IMG/VR virus record: IMGVR_UViG_3300034073_003797
Span: 1 to 35,348 of that record
Reading direction: 5' to 3' (one strand)
Source: a virus
Taxonomy: Duplodnaviria; Caudoviricetes
Length of the DNA: 35,348 nucleotides
In this document: piece after piece, positions 1 to 9,251 of the stretch
Layout of the letters: each line of letters begins with the position of its first letter
How positions within the stretch are numbered: position 1 is the stretch's first letter
Program-made: the position numbers and the translations under genes
Notes under the pieces: model-generated
Databases searched by the model: none
Seen by the model: only the letters and a program-made list of their open reading frames with translations
What the model was told of the DNA's origin: nothing

Positions 1-1
1 G

Positions 2-262
2 TTTAGGTTTATATCTGAATACGACCATTGGTTAAATCAACCAGTTTCACATTTATCTGATTGTCAATATAATGTTTACTCTTTACAGTTATCTATTTAT
101 GCCTATCTTTATCAGTTGGAAACTAAAAAAAAAGTAGGTAGACTTGGAGTTTTTTATCTTAATCCTGAAATAGATAAGTTTCAACTAATACCAATTCCTT
201 ATATGGGTCTTGAGGCTAAAAAAGTTTTAGATTTTTGGTATAAACTTAATTGTAGTAAGTGA
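2..262 (+). CDS. C-terminal part of a PD-(D/E)XK exonuclease (Cas4/RecB-like), 5' truncated by window edge
   Basis: Open frame FRFISEYDHWLNQPVSHLSDCQYNVYSLQLSIYAYLY...NCSK*; the YSLQLSIY (QxxxY) motif is typical of phage RecB/Cas4-like nucleases. Confidence 0.55.
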   Translation, partial: FRFISEYDHWLNQPVSHLSDCQYNVYSLQLSIYAYLYQLETKKKVGRLGVFYLNPEIDKFQLIPIPYMGLEAKKVLDFWYKLNCSK

Positions 263-275
263 TATTTATGCATAT

Positions 276-998
276 ATGAAAAAACACACTACAGATTCTT
301 TTATATCAAAATCAAAAAATATACACGGTGATAAATACGATTATTCAAAAGTTAAATATATCGATAGTCATTCAAAAGTTAAAATAACATGTTTTATACA
401 TGGTGTTTTTGAACAAAAGCCTTATTGTCATTTAAACGGAGAAGGTTGTCGTAAATGTAGTGACGAAATAAAATTTCAAAAAAGGAGACATAATAAACAT
501 ATTTTTATTGAAAGAGCTAAAAAAATACATGGCGATAAATATGATTATTCGATAGTTGAATATAAAAACGTTAGAACTAAAGTAGAAATTATTTGTCCTA
601 AACATGGTGTTTTTAAACAAACGACACCACATCATTTAAATGGGGTAGGATGCCCAACATGTAATTCGTCAAAAGGTGAGTTATTTATTGAAAAAATATT
701 ATTAGAAAATAATATTAAATACAATAGGCAATATATTTTTAGTGATTGTAGAAATATAAAAACATTACCTTTTGATTTTTATTTACCAGAATATAATACT
801 TGTATTGAATATGATGGTAGACACCATTTTGAACCTATTGATTTGTGGGGTGGTAAGGAATCTTTAGAATATGTAATAAATAATGATAAAATAAAAGAAA
901 AGTATTGTATAGACAATCTTATTAATTTAATTAGAATTAACTATAAAGAAGATGTTAAAAAAACATTACTTGAAAAGATAAATAAAAACAAAAAATAA
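276..998 (+). CDS. Homing-type endonuclease: 2x DUF723-like Zn repeats plus C-terminal Vsr/PD-(D/E)XK domain
   Basis: Repeats of FI..K.IHGDKYDYS...C..HG.F.Q....HL.G.GC..C; C-terminal SKGE...LPFDFYLPEYNTCIEYDGRHH. Confidence 0.75.
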   Translation: MKKHTTDSFISKSKNIHGDKYDYSKVKYIDSHSKVKITCFIHGVFEQKPYCHLNGEGCRKCSDEIKFQKRRHNKHIFIERAKKIHGDKYDYSIVEYKNVRTKVEIICPKHGVFKQTTPHHLNGVGCPTCNSSKGELFIEKILLENNIKYNRQYIFSDCRNIKTLPFDFYLPEYNTCIEYDGRHHFEPIDLWGGKESLEYVINNDKIKEKYCIDNLINLIRINYKEDVKKTLLEKINKNKK

Positions 999-1002
999 AA
1001 TT

Positions 1003-1311
1003 ATGCAACAATTTGATTCAACAACTTACAACGAAAAAATTAGTGAAGATAAATTAACCGTGGTTAAATATTTTGCTTCTTGGTGTGGACCATGCAAAGT
1101 TTTAACGCCGATGCTAGAAGACGTTGTAAAAAATTATACTGATATAAACGTAGGGGAAGTTAATATTGATGCTGATATGCAATTGGCACAAAAAGACGGT
1201 ATTCGCGGTGTACCTACAGTTGTTTTTTACAAAAACGGACAACTTTTAGATAAAATGGTGGGGTTACATCCGGCACAATCTTACCAAACTAAAATTGATT
1301 CTTTAAAATGA
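1003..1311 (+). CDS. trxA: Thioredoxin
   Basis: WCGPC active site, GIRGVPT cis-Pro motif, 102 aa. Confidence 0.95.
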   Translation: MQQFDSTTYNEKISEDKLTVVKYFASWCGPCKVLTPMLEDVVKNYTDINVGEVNIDADMQLAQKDGIRGVPTVVFYKNGQLLDKMVGLHPAQSYQTKIDSLK

Positions 1312-1670
1312 GTAAAGTTTTTTTAATTGATATTGATGGCACTATTTGTGAGGATATAAAAAACGAGGAAAGTTATTTATATCCCACAGCCAAACCAATA
1401 GAAGGTTCTTTATCTATCATAAATAAATGGTATGATGAAGGTAATGTTATAACATTTTTTACTGCGAGAGAATCTAAAGACAGGGTTGTAACAGAAAATT
1501 GGTTAAAAGAAAACGGTTTTAAATACCACGGATTGGTCATGGACAAACCAAGAATTAAAGATGGCCAAGAATATGTGTGGATTGATAACCGTAAAGTTAG
1601 GGCAGTAACCTATTTAGGTACGTGGTCTGAGTTAAAAGAAGTTCAAGCTAAAATACAAGTTTTTGCCTAG
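1308..1670 (+). CDS. Capless HAD-superfamily phosphatase (PNKP 3'-phosphatase-like)
   Basis: LIDIDGT motif I, FFTAR motif II, MDKP motif III, WIDNR motif IV. Confidence 0.8.
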   Translation: MSKVFLIDIDGTICEDIKNEESYLYPTAKPIEGSLSIINKWYDEGNVITFFTARESKDRVVTENWLKENGFKYHGLVMDKPRIKDGQEYVWIDNRKVRAVTYLGTWSELKEVQAKIQVFA

Positions 1671-2224
1671 TTTTTAATACGAAATTCGATAGAAAGACGG
1701 TTAAAACCCATCCAACCTTTACGAATTCTCCAACGGTATTCAAGGTTAGATTGAGGTACAAAACCGTCTTCTAATTGAATACCTATATTAGATTGAGTAA
1801 TTTTATCAAGAATATCCTGACCAATATTATTAACAATACCATCAACAAAGTTATTGTATTTTTCAATAGCTTTATTCATATCACCACCACCAAAAATTCT
1901 AGCTACCGCAGCAGCTCCTTCACGAGAAGCAACTTTAAAAATAGGTTCAGAGTAAAGAGTCCAATCAGTAAGTTTAGACATTTTATACTTTTTAAGTTCA
2001 ACCCTTTCACCTTTTTCAGTAACCGCGTCATATTTGTCAAAAATAGATTCAGAGGTCGGAATAAATTTATCGGGATTAAAACCGACAGACGCGATTTTTT
2101 CAAAGTTGGTACGACCAACACCAGACCAAGAAATTTTAGGTGATTTAGAAACCCTAGACCATCCCTTAGATTGACACATTGTATTTTCAAATACTACCCC
2201 TGATTTATTTCTACTTTGACCCAT
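1667..2224 (-). CDS. Hypothetical protein, possible restriction-endonuclease-fold nuclease
   Basis: G..FE helix, then YDAVTEKGERVELKK resembling PD-(D/E)XK; has its own promoter. Confidence 0.45.
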   Translation of the reverse strand: MGQSRNKSGVVFENTMCQSKGWSRVSKSPKISWSGVGRTNFEKIASVGFNPDKFIPTSESIFDKYDAVTEKGERVELKKYKMSKLTDWTLYSEPIFKVASREGAAAVARIFGGGDMNKAIEKYNNFVDGIVNNIGQDILDKITQSNIGIQLEDGFVPQSNLEYRWRIRKGWMGFNRLSIEFRIKN

Positions 2225-2254
2225 TTACTGATTCAGTTTTATTGATTAACATTA

Positions 2255-2285
2255 CAAATATAATAACAATATTTAAATTGGCAAA
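2255..2285 (-). promoter_or_regulatory. Bacteroidota-type sigma-A promoter
   Basis: On the minus strand TTTG-N19-TATATTTG, upstream of the 2224 start. Confidence 0.7.
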
Positions 2286-2341
2286 AACCATACACGATTA
2301 TTTTTTTATAGTATCCGGATACTTATTTATAAATACCAAGT

Positions 2342-3235
2342 ATGAGTTTAAGAAAAACAAAAGAGTTCTTTATAGAACAGGCTAAAAAGGTACATGGTGA
2401 TAAATATGATTATTCACTTATAGATTATAAAAGTAACGGAACAAAAATTAATATAATCTGTAAAATACACGGGGAATTTAGCCAACAACCAAGACACCAT
2501 TTACATGGTAGTGGGTGTCCCGTATGTTATGGAACTAAATTATATAATAATGAAGAATTCATCAGTAAAGCTAAAAAAATACATGGTGATAAATACGACT
2601 ATTCAAACACCCAATATAATGGAGCACATACTAAAATTAAAATAAAATGTAAAAAACATGATTTCATTTTTGAACAGAAACCAAATAACCACTTATCTTT
2701 AAAACAAGGTTGTCCAATATGTAGTGGCACTAAGAAAAAATCACTATATGAATTTATTGATGACGCTAAAAAAATACATGGTGATAAATACGATTACACC
2801 CCAGTTGAATACAAAAATAGTAAAACAAAGATTAAAATAATTTGTAAAAAACACGGTTTATTCGAACAAACACCAAATTGCCATTTACATGGCAGTGGAT
2901 GTCCGACATGTAAGTCTTCAATTGGTGAAATTAGTGTGGAAAATTTTTTAATCAAAAATAATATAAAATATATAAAACAACATTGGTTTAAAAATTGTAG
3001 GAATATTTTACCATTAAAATTTGACTTTTATCTAATAGAACACAATATTTGTATAGAATTTGATGGTGTATATCATTTTAAACCACATTGGTCTGATAAC
3101 AATTCATCTAACCTAAAAAAATCAATAGAAAGAGATATGATTAAAAATAGATATTGTGAAGAAAATAATATAAAATTAATTAGAATTAATTATAAGGATA
3201 ATGTAGAAGAAAAATTAAATAATATATGGAATTAA
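2342..3235 (+). CDS. Homing-type endonuclease: 3x DUF723-like Zn repeats plus Vsr/PD-(D/E)XK domain
   Basis: Three HGDKYDY...GCPxC repeats; SIGE...LKFDFYL...IEFDGVYH; paralogue of 276..998. Confidence 0.75.
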   Translation: MSLRKTKEFFIEQAKKVHGDKYDYSLIDYKSNGTKINIICKIHGEFSQQPRHHLHGSGCPVCYGTKLYNNEEFISKAKKIHGDKYDYSNTQYNGAHTKIKIKCKKHDFIFEQKPNNHLSLKQGCPICSGTKKKSLYEFIDDAKKIHGDKYDYTPVEYKNSKTKIKIICKKHGLFEQTPNCHLHGSGCPTCKSSIGEISVENFLIKNNIKYIKQHWFKNCRNILPLKFDFYLIEHNICIEFDGVYHFKPHWSDNNSSNLKKSIERDMIKNRYCEENNIKLIRINYKDNVEEKLNNIWN

Positions 3236-4362
3236 AATTAGAAACTTGTCAAACTTTAAAATTAACAGAAACCCTTATGGGTTTTTATCGAAATCTTCAC
3301 ACTATAAAAGATTATTTTCTTGAGCGTAAAAAAGAAAAAGTGGTTAATTTAGACCATGATAAATACACCAAACTAATGTTCAATGATTACTCTATTGAAC
3401 CTAAAGATATGCAATTTGAAATTGAAATTATTGAGGGTAAATTATTTAATCCGGCGACACAGATTATTACATCTTTACCACTTGAATCCCAAATTGGTAG
3501 ACAAATTATGATTGGTGTTAAAGAAACCAATAGTAACAAATATGTCGGATTTATTCGTTTAGCATCACCTGTGTTGTCAATTAAACCTCGTAATGATTTA
3601 TTTGAAGGGTTTAAAATTACGGCAAATGAAGTTAACAAGTATATGATTAACGGAGCGATTATTGTTCCCGTCCAACCATTTGGTTACAACTATTTGGGTG
3701 GTAAATTATTAGCTCTTATTTGTTGTTCTCACGACGCACGTCAAATGTTAAAAGATAAATACGGTGACCGTATTGATACTGTTTTTATGGAAACAACTTC
3801 ACTCTATGGCGACCTTAAAGGTGTTAGTCAGTATGATGGTTTAAAACCATTTATGAAGTACGGTAGTATGACGGAGTCAGATTTATTCCTATTCCCCAAC
3901 GATGAGGTTTTTATGGAAATTAGAAACGTTCTAAGACCATTGTATGGTAAACCTGAATGGGGTGGTTCTATGGTAGATCCAGGTCCTTCTGGTCCTAAAA
4001 TGAGAGAATTTAATAAAATGATTTCTATTCTTAAAAATCATTTAAAAGTTCAAAACCCTGTTAAGTTTAAAGAATTCAGTGACTTCACTAAATCACATAT
4101 GAAAGCTAAAACCAAGAAAAGATATTATTACTGTAACTATGGTTATGATAATGTTGCAGAATATATTTCAAGTGATGGTAAAGTTCCTTTGGTTAAAAGA
4201 GATAATTGGGATAGATATCATGTTGAACACATGATTGAATGGTGGAAGAATAAAGCTCAATCACGTTATGAAAAATTAAAAGAAGAAGGTAGATTAAGAA
4301 ATGATTTGGAAATCTATACTTTGGAACGTATTGAATCAGGTAACGTTGATATGGTAAGATAA
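3226..4362 (+). CDS. DUF4338 / DruA-like protein (predicted Mom-like GNAT fold)
   Basis: GFIRLASP...PR, IVPVQPFGYNYLGGKLLAL, ETTSLYG...SQYDGL motifs. Confidence 0.7.
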   Translation: MELKLETCQTLKLTETLMGFYRNLHTIKDYFLERKKEKVVNLDHDKYTKLMFNDYSIEPKDMQFEIEIIEGKLFNPATQIITSLPLESQIGRQIMIGVKETNSNKYVGFIRLASPVLSIKPRNDLFEGFKITANEVNKYMINGAIIVPVQPFGYNYLGGKLLALICCSHDARQMLKDKYGDRIDTVFMETTSLYGDLKGVSQYDGLKPFMKYGSMTESDLFLFPNDEVFMEIRNVLRPLYGKPEWGGSMVDPGPSGPKMREFNKMISILKNHLKVQNPVKFKEFSDFTKSHMKAKTKKRYYYCNYGYDNVAEYISSDGKVPLVKRDNWDRYHVEHMIEWWKNKAQSRYEKLKEEGRLRNDLEIYTLERIESGNVDMVR

Positions 4363-4511
4363 TGAAAATAACACTTAAAACTGAAGAAATTTTATTTGAA
4401 ATAGAACAAGAGTACGAAGGTGAATTTCCACCAAATGTACTCAAAGATATGATAACTAAAATAGCTGAAGAAACTATTAAAATAAAAAAAATAAACACTG
4501 AATCAAAATGA
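4362..4511 (+). CDS. Small hypothetical protein (49 aa)
   Basis: MKITLKTEEILFEIEQ...TESK*; overlaps upstream stop (TAATG) and downstream start (ATGA); not in the supplied ORF track. Confidence 0.65.
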   Translation: MKITLKTEEILFEIEQEYEGEFPPNVLKDMITKIAEETIKIKKINTESK

Positions 4512-4822
4512 AAGTAAAAGTAACCGGACACACATACGAAGTTTCCAATTTTGAAAATAAAGAAAACCCAGGACAGGTAATTCAATTTATACATAAAGAA
4601 CCAAAAACTGAAAGTCCTTCAGAATTAAATACTATTTCAGATGGTACAACAAATGAAGAAATTTTAGAAGTGTTAATTGACCGTATGAATTTTTTACAAT
4701 CAAAATTCCCTTGTCGTGAAAACGCGATTGTTATTACAAAGTTAGAAGAATCTTTAATGTGGTTAAATAAAAGAACACAAGATAGAATAAAAAGAAATGT
4801 AGAAGGAAAACACTTATCTTAA
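4508..4822 (+). CDS. tad1: Tad1-like anti-defence nucleotide sponge
   Basis: GTTNEEILEVLIDRMNFLQSKFPCRENAIVITKLEESLMWLNKRTQDRIKRNVEG matches the remembered Tad1 C-terminal pattern (RENA..LT..EEALMW.N.R..DR..RNV.G). Confidence 0.8.
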   Translation: MKVKVTGHTYEVSNFENKENPGQVIQFIHKEPKTESPSELNTISDGTTNEEILEVLIDRMNFLQSKFPCRENAIVITKLEESLMWLNKRTQDRIKRNVEGKHLS

Positions 4823-4824
4823 TT

Positions 4825-5259
4825 ATGGAAAATAAAAAAATCTCAAATCTATTAAGAGCTGTAGCAGACCTTATGGATGAAACAACTGAAATGGTTGTAG
4901 AAACAAACAAAAATGTAATTGAAAAAACTATTGTTAACAGTGAAAAGATTGTTGAACAAACAGTTAATTCACAAAAAGAATTTTTAGATCATTCATTAAA
5001 ATTAATGAAAAAAATTGAGGAGAATGATGCGATTAGAGCTTACAAAAATAAATTAGCTAAAACCAATAACAATTTAAAAGACGCTCTTGAAGAAATTCAA
5101 AAAATGCGTGAACAAGCAGTAAGGGATTTAATCAAAGATTCTATGGAAGTTATGACAAACCCGACCTCAATTGTTGATAAAACAACAAAAAATATGAAAA
5201 AAATGGGTGAACAAATAATGGAAGAAGGTAAAATAATGTCAAAATCCTTTAACATTTAA
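4825..5259 (+). CDS. Coiled-coil hypothetical protein
   Basis: 144 aa ORF in operon, helical E/K-rich. Confidence 0.7.
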   Translation: MENKKISNLLRAVADLMDETTEMVVETNKNVIEKTIVNSEKIVEQTVNSQKEFLDHSLKLMKKIEENDAIRAYKNKLAKTNNNLKDALEEIQKMREQAVRDLIKDSMEVMTNPTSIVDKTTKNMKKMGEQIMEEGKIMSKSFNI

Positions 5260-5261
5260 AA

Positions 5262-5834
5262 ATGTACGTTGAAATTTCTCCGAGGCAATCTGGTAAGACA
5301 ACACGCCTTATTCAGGCTGCCTCGGATTATTTAAGACACAACCCAAACCATAATATCGCCGTTGTTGGGATTAACTCAATGAATACCAATGAGTTAAAAA
5401 GTAAATTTCTTAGGGAAGGTATTGGTATCAGTCGTATTAATTTTATGTCCGGTTGTTTATTTGGTAGATTTGACCAAGAACCCAATTATTGGTTTTTTGA
5501 TGAGTTTGGTTTTATGACAAGGGAAAACATACTACACCCAATTTTTAGAAGTGTAATCGAAAACGGTTATTATTGTACCACACCGAATCATATTAGCAGG
5601 TGTGAATCAACAAACACTATCATTGATTATTGTAGACAAAATGATATTCAAATCCATTTTAATAACCCTTGGACCGAAGAACGTATACAAGAACAAGGTA
5701 ATTGGAATGATTATGTTAGAGAATCTGTGTTAGGTGATTGGGTTAGATACATGGAAATTAACGGTTTAATTAATGGTATAAAAGAAAATTTGATTAGAAA
5801 ATTCATAAAGAAACATAGATTCACATCATGGTAG
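5262..5834 (+). CDS. Small P-loop NTPase resembling a terminase ATPase N-terminal domain
   Basis: SPRQSGKTT Walker A, YWFFDE Walker B, TTP motif III-like; no nuclease domain. Confidence 0.6.
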   Translation: MYVEISPRQSGKTTRLIQAASDYLRHNPNHNIAVVGINSMNTNELKSKFLREGIGISRINFMSGCLFGRFDQEPNYWFFDEFGFMTRENILHPIFRSVIENGYYCTTPNHISRCESTNTIIDYCRQNDIQIHFNNPWTEERIQEQGNWNDYVRESVLGDWVRYMEINGLINGIKENLIRKFIKKHRFTSW

Positions 5835-6775
5835 ATAGAGAACAGTTAAAACACGATTTATTAAACTTTAAGTTTTTATCACAAGAAGAACAAAAACTTA
5901 AACAAAATAAAAAATCAAACCCATTGTGGATTGAAGAAAGTATGGTTGATGATCCAAATAATATCATTCCCGAACTTATCCCTTTGGATTCAACCAAAGC
6001 TTTATGGAAGACATGGAAGGCAATTGAAGAACATGTTTCTTCTTTTCCTTTTAGACGTAGTCCAGGTCGTAACAATTACTTTTTAGTTAAAAACCAATAT
6101 GATGGTAAGAATTTAGGCATTCTTGATATTGCAGCAGATTTCCTAGCCTTAGGACCAAGAGATAGACACATTGGTTGGAACAAAAATGATAGAGTTTTAA
6201 GAAACAGAAACATCGCAAACATTTCGGTTTGTGTACCTACAAGACACTTTGGTTATAATATGTGCGGCGGTAAGTTATTAACTCTTTTGGCAGCTTCTGA
6301 CGTTGTTGGTAATCATTGGAAGGAAAAGTATAATGATGATTTGGCAGGGTTAACTGTAACGTCCTTATACGGTCGTGGGGTACAATACAATAGACTAAAA
6401 CACTTTAACTATTTGGGTTTAACTCAAGGACAGGGAACCGTTCAGATTGACGAAGATTTGTATCAACAAATGAGATTAATTGTTGAGGAAGAGGAAGGTG
6501 AGATTCTTGGGGGTAGATTTACAAGTGGTAAAAATTCTCGTATTAACATTATTAGAAAAGCTTGTGACTATTTAGATATTGATGCGAGACGTTTAACAAC
6601 CCATGGTAATCGTAGAGGAATTTATTGGTGTGATAGGGGTGAAAACACTTCTGAGTTTTTAAAAGGTGTTGATAAAGAATTTAAACCAAAAGATTTGAGT
6701 ATTGAAACTTTAACTAACCATTGGCGAGAAAGATGGGCTAATAAAAGAATTGAAAATGTTAAAGCTAAGTTATGA
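5828..6775 (+). CDS. Second DUF4338 / DruA-like protein
   Basis: SPGR, RDRHIGW, VPTRHFGYNMCGGKLLTLL, TVTSLYG...QYNRL motifs. Confidence 0.75.
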   Translation: MVDREQLKHDLLNFKFLSQEEQKLKQNKKSNPLWIEESMVDDPNNIIPELIPLDSTKALWKTWKAIEEHVSSFPFRRSPGRNNYFLVKNQYDGKNLGILDIAADFLALGPRDRHIGWNKNDRVLRNRNIANISVCVPTRHFGYNMCGGKLLTLLAASDVVGNHWKEKYNDDLAGLTVTSLYGRGVQYNRLKHFNYLGLTQGQGTVQIDEDLYQQMRLIVEEEEGEILGGRFTSGKNSRINIIRKACDYLDIDARRLTTHGNRRGIYWCDRGENTSEFLKGVDKEFKPKDLSIETLTNHWRERWANKRIENVKAKL

Positions 6776-7071
6776 GGTTTGATGAATGGTTTTTAAATGA
6801 ATTTGGTGAGTATGGTTTTACATTAACTCCTATCGTTTATAACCCACATAATTTTATGCCACTCAAAAAGGTTATAGATCCAAGTGGAAGATGTACTAAC
6901 ATTAAATTAACGCTTGAACTAACTGATGATTTACACGGTTGGGGTATATCTTATGACCACCATGTTGAGGCCTTAAGAGAACTTATTAGAATGGAAATTA
7001 GAAGATTATATCCACAATTTTTTAAACCTGCGGTCGAACCTGTTAGATATTTAACAACTTTTAAATTTTAG
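6772..7071 (+). CDS. Hypothetical protein
   Basis: 99 aa ORF, ATGA-coupled to the upstream gene. Confidence 0.65.
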   Translation: MRFDEWFLNEFGEYGFTLTPIVYNPHNFMPLKKVIDPSGRCTNIKLTLELTDDLHGWGISYDHHVEALRELIRMEIRRLYPQFFKPAVEPVRYLTTFKF

Positions 7072-7747
7072 AAATCAAATCGTCACCATCAATAACTTGA
7101 ACCCTTGGGTGGTCGTGGATAAAGTTTAAACGTCTTTCTTTATCTTGTTCAGTTTCTTTACCTTCCATAGTTGATAACATTATAATTTTCCTATCACCAA
7201 AAGTAGAATCCATTCTAGAATAAAGATTATTAGAAGTGTCCCAATTTAAACTTTCAATTGTAAAAATATCTGATTTAACATCTTTAGGGGTTATTAATCT
7301 TTTTCCTTTAACATACCATTGATAACCCATTTCTAAAAGTTTTTTTTGTAGTTTGTAAGTAGACTCTACATTGACCCCATTTTTAAATAAGATAACAAAA
7401 TCACCTTTAATTATTGGAAAACCATCGGCATCAACACCAACTTTTTTAATATTTAATTCTTTGTAAAAATTAAATTCAGGGTCAAAAAATTTAATCATAC
7501 CCTTACGAGCCAAATCTTCAACATAACCTTGACTCATATTAGAAGTGCCATATTTGTTTTTAAACATAAAAACAGGGTATGTAAGTCCGTCCTCACGATC
7601 ACGAAAATTTACTGTATGTTTAGGGTCAAAACCTATATATTCCATAGTCTCCCAGTTATTACCTGATTTGATATGATACGTTTGACCTATAGTAAAATCT
7701 AACGGGTCATCTATATTAGGTAGCCAATCAAAATCTTCCATAGACAT
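7061..7747 (-). CDS. Hypothetical protein
   Basis: 228 aa ORF; minus-strand TATATTTG (7778-7785) and ATATTTAT (7789-7796) upstream. Confidence 0.75.
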   Translation of the reverse strand: MSMEDFDWLPNIDDPLDFTIGQTYHIKSGNNWETMEYIGFDPKHTVNFRDREDGLTYPVFMFKNKYGTSNMSQGYVEDLARKGMIKFFDPEFNFYKELNIKKVGVDADGFPIIKGDFVILFKNGVNVESTYKLQKKLLEMGYQWYVKGKRLITPKDVKSDIFTIESLNWDTSNNLYSRMDSTFGDRKIIMLSTMEGKETEQDKERRLNFIHDHPRVQVIDGDDLISKI

Positions 7748-7794
7748 TTACAACCAATTTTAAAAAGTTTATTATTACAAATATATAAATAAAT

Positions 7795-8586
7795 ATGATA
7801 CAAAAGGTTATACATACAGCAGATATTCACCTTCGTCTTTTTAAAAGACATGAAGAATATACTGAACAATTTGAAAAGTTCTATAAAGAATGTCAGGAAC
7901 ACCAGCCTGATAGAATAGTTATTGTCGGTGACTTAGTTCACTCTAAGAATCAGATGACGCCCGAACTTATTTATATGGTTACAACTTTTTTAAATAACTG
8001 TTCTAAGATTGCTAAAACTGTTATAACCTTGGGTAATCATGATTTCTTAGCGAACAATTTAGATAGAATGGATGCCTTATCACCAATTATCTCTACTATG
8101 GATAACCCTAATATTTTATTTTTAAAACATACGGGTTGTTATGTTGATGAAAATGTTGTTTGGTGTGTTTACGGTCATATGGAAGGTTCAGAAAGACCTA
8201 ATATTGAAGAGGCAAAAGAATTTTATGGTGATGAAAAAACTTATATTGGTTTGTATCACGATCCTTTGGTTGGGTTAAAAACCGCTGTTGGATTTGAATT
8301 TGAGGATGGTAAAGACATTTCTATCTTTGAAGGATGTGATTTGGTAATGTGTGGTGATATCCATAAGTACCAAGTCATGAACCATCGTAAAACACCTATC
8401 GTAATGCCTTCCTCTATGATTCAACAAGATTTTGGTGAAGATCCCTATAATCATGGGTATGTTATTTGGGACTTAGAAACCAAAAAACATGAATTAAAAA
8501 AATTAACTAATGACTACGGCTTCTATACATTTAAAATAAAATCTATTGAAGATATTGAAACTGAATCTGAAAGATTAGTAATATGA
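7795..8586 (+). CDS. sbcD: SbcD/Mre11-like metallophosphoesterase nuclease (gp47-like)
   Basis: ADIH, GDLVH, GNHD, GDIHK, QQDFGE motifs; lies upstream of SbcC. Confidence 0.88.
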   Translation: MIQKVIHTADIHLRLFKRHEEYTEQFEKFYKECQEHQPDRIVIVGDLVHSKNQMTPELIYMVTTFLNNCSKIAKTVITLGNHDFLANNLDRMDALSPIISTMDNPNILFLKHTGCYVDENVVWCVYGHMEGSERPNIEEAKEFYGDEKTYIGLYHDPLVGLKTAVGFEFEDGKDISIFEGCDLVMCGDIHKYQVMNHRKTPIVMPSSMIQQDFGEDPYNHGYVIWDLETKKHELKKLTNDYGFYTFKIKSIEDIETESERLVI

Positions 8587-9251
8587 GTCAAAAAAATATA
8601 GTGGACGTACCACAGGCTTTAAAAGATGAAATTTGGGATTATTGTCGTATCAATGACATTACCAATATTGATTCTTTTACAATCAATTTAATTAAACAAG
8701 GCTTTGCTGTTGAAAAATACGGTACCTCACCTTTACCACCTCAAATTATAGAGAAAGAGGTTATTAAAGAAGTTGAGGTTATTAAAGAAGTTGAGGTCCC
8801 TGTTGAAAAGATTATTGAGAAAATTATTGAGAAACCAATTGAAAAAATAATAGAAGTTATCAAAGAAGTACCTGTTGAAAAAATTGTGGAAAAAATTATC
8901 ACTGATGATTCACAAATCAAAGAATTGGTTGTAAAGATTGAAAACTTGGAAAAAGAATTGGAAGATTCTAAAAATGATAATTTAAAACAAATTAGTGACA
9001 GGGAAAAAGATTTAACAAACAAAGTTTCTTTATTAGAAAAAGATTTAGAGTTAGAAAAAATAAAAACTTCTAACAGTGGTTTAAATAGGTTATATGATGA
9101 AATAAATAATTTAAAGGCTTTATTAGAAGTTGAAAGAAACCGAAATAAAGCTAGAAAAGACCAAGACAATCCTTTTGGTGATAAACCAAAAAGTTCTATT
9201 AATTGGATTCCTAAAGATGAAAGAGATAATAAAAATTTATACGGAGAGTGA
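8583..9251 (+). CDS. Hypothetical protein with E/K/V/I/P low-complexity repeats and coiled coil
   Basis: EKEVIKEVEVIKEVEVPVEKIIEK... repeats. Confidence 0.75.
   Translation: MSQKNIVDVPQALKDEIWDYCRINDITNIDSFTINLIKQGFAVEKYGTSPLPPQIIEKEVIKEVEVIKEVEVPVEKIIEKIIEKPIEKIIEVIKEVPVEKIVEKIITDDSQIKELVVKIENLEKELEDSKNDNLKQISDREKDLTNKVSLLEKDLELEKIKTSNSGLNRLYDEINNLKALLEVERNRNKARKDQDNPFGDKPKSSINWIPKDERDNKNLYGE

Noticed and set aside
2-262. Cas4-like fragment as evidence of a CRISPR-Cas locus
   Set aside because: No other cas genes or repeat-spacer array visible; solo Cas4/RecB-like nucleases are common in phages
3226-6775. Complete Druantia defence system
   Set aside because: No DruE-like large helicase or other Dru genes; only DUF4338-like proteins
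8745-8900. Tandem DNA repeats (GAGGTTATTAAAGAAGTT, ATTATTGAGAAA)
   Set aside because: In-frame coding repeats of the EVIKEV/EKIIEK protein; no spacers, so not CRISPR
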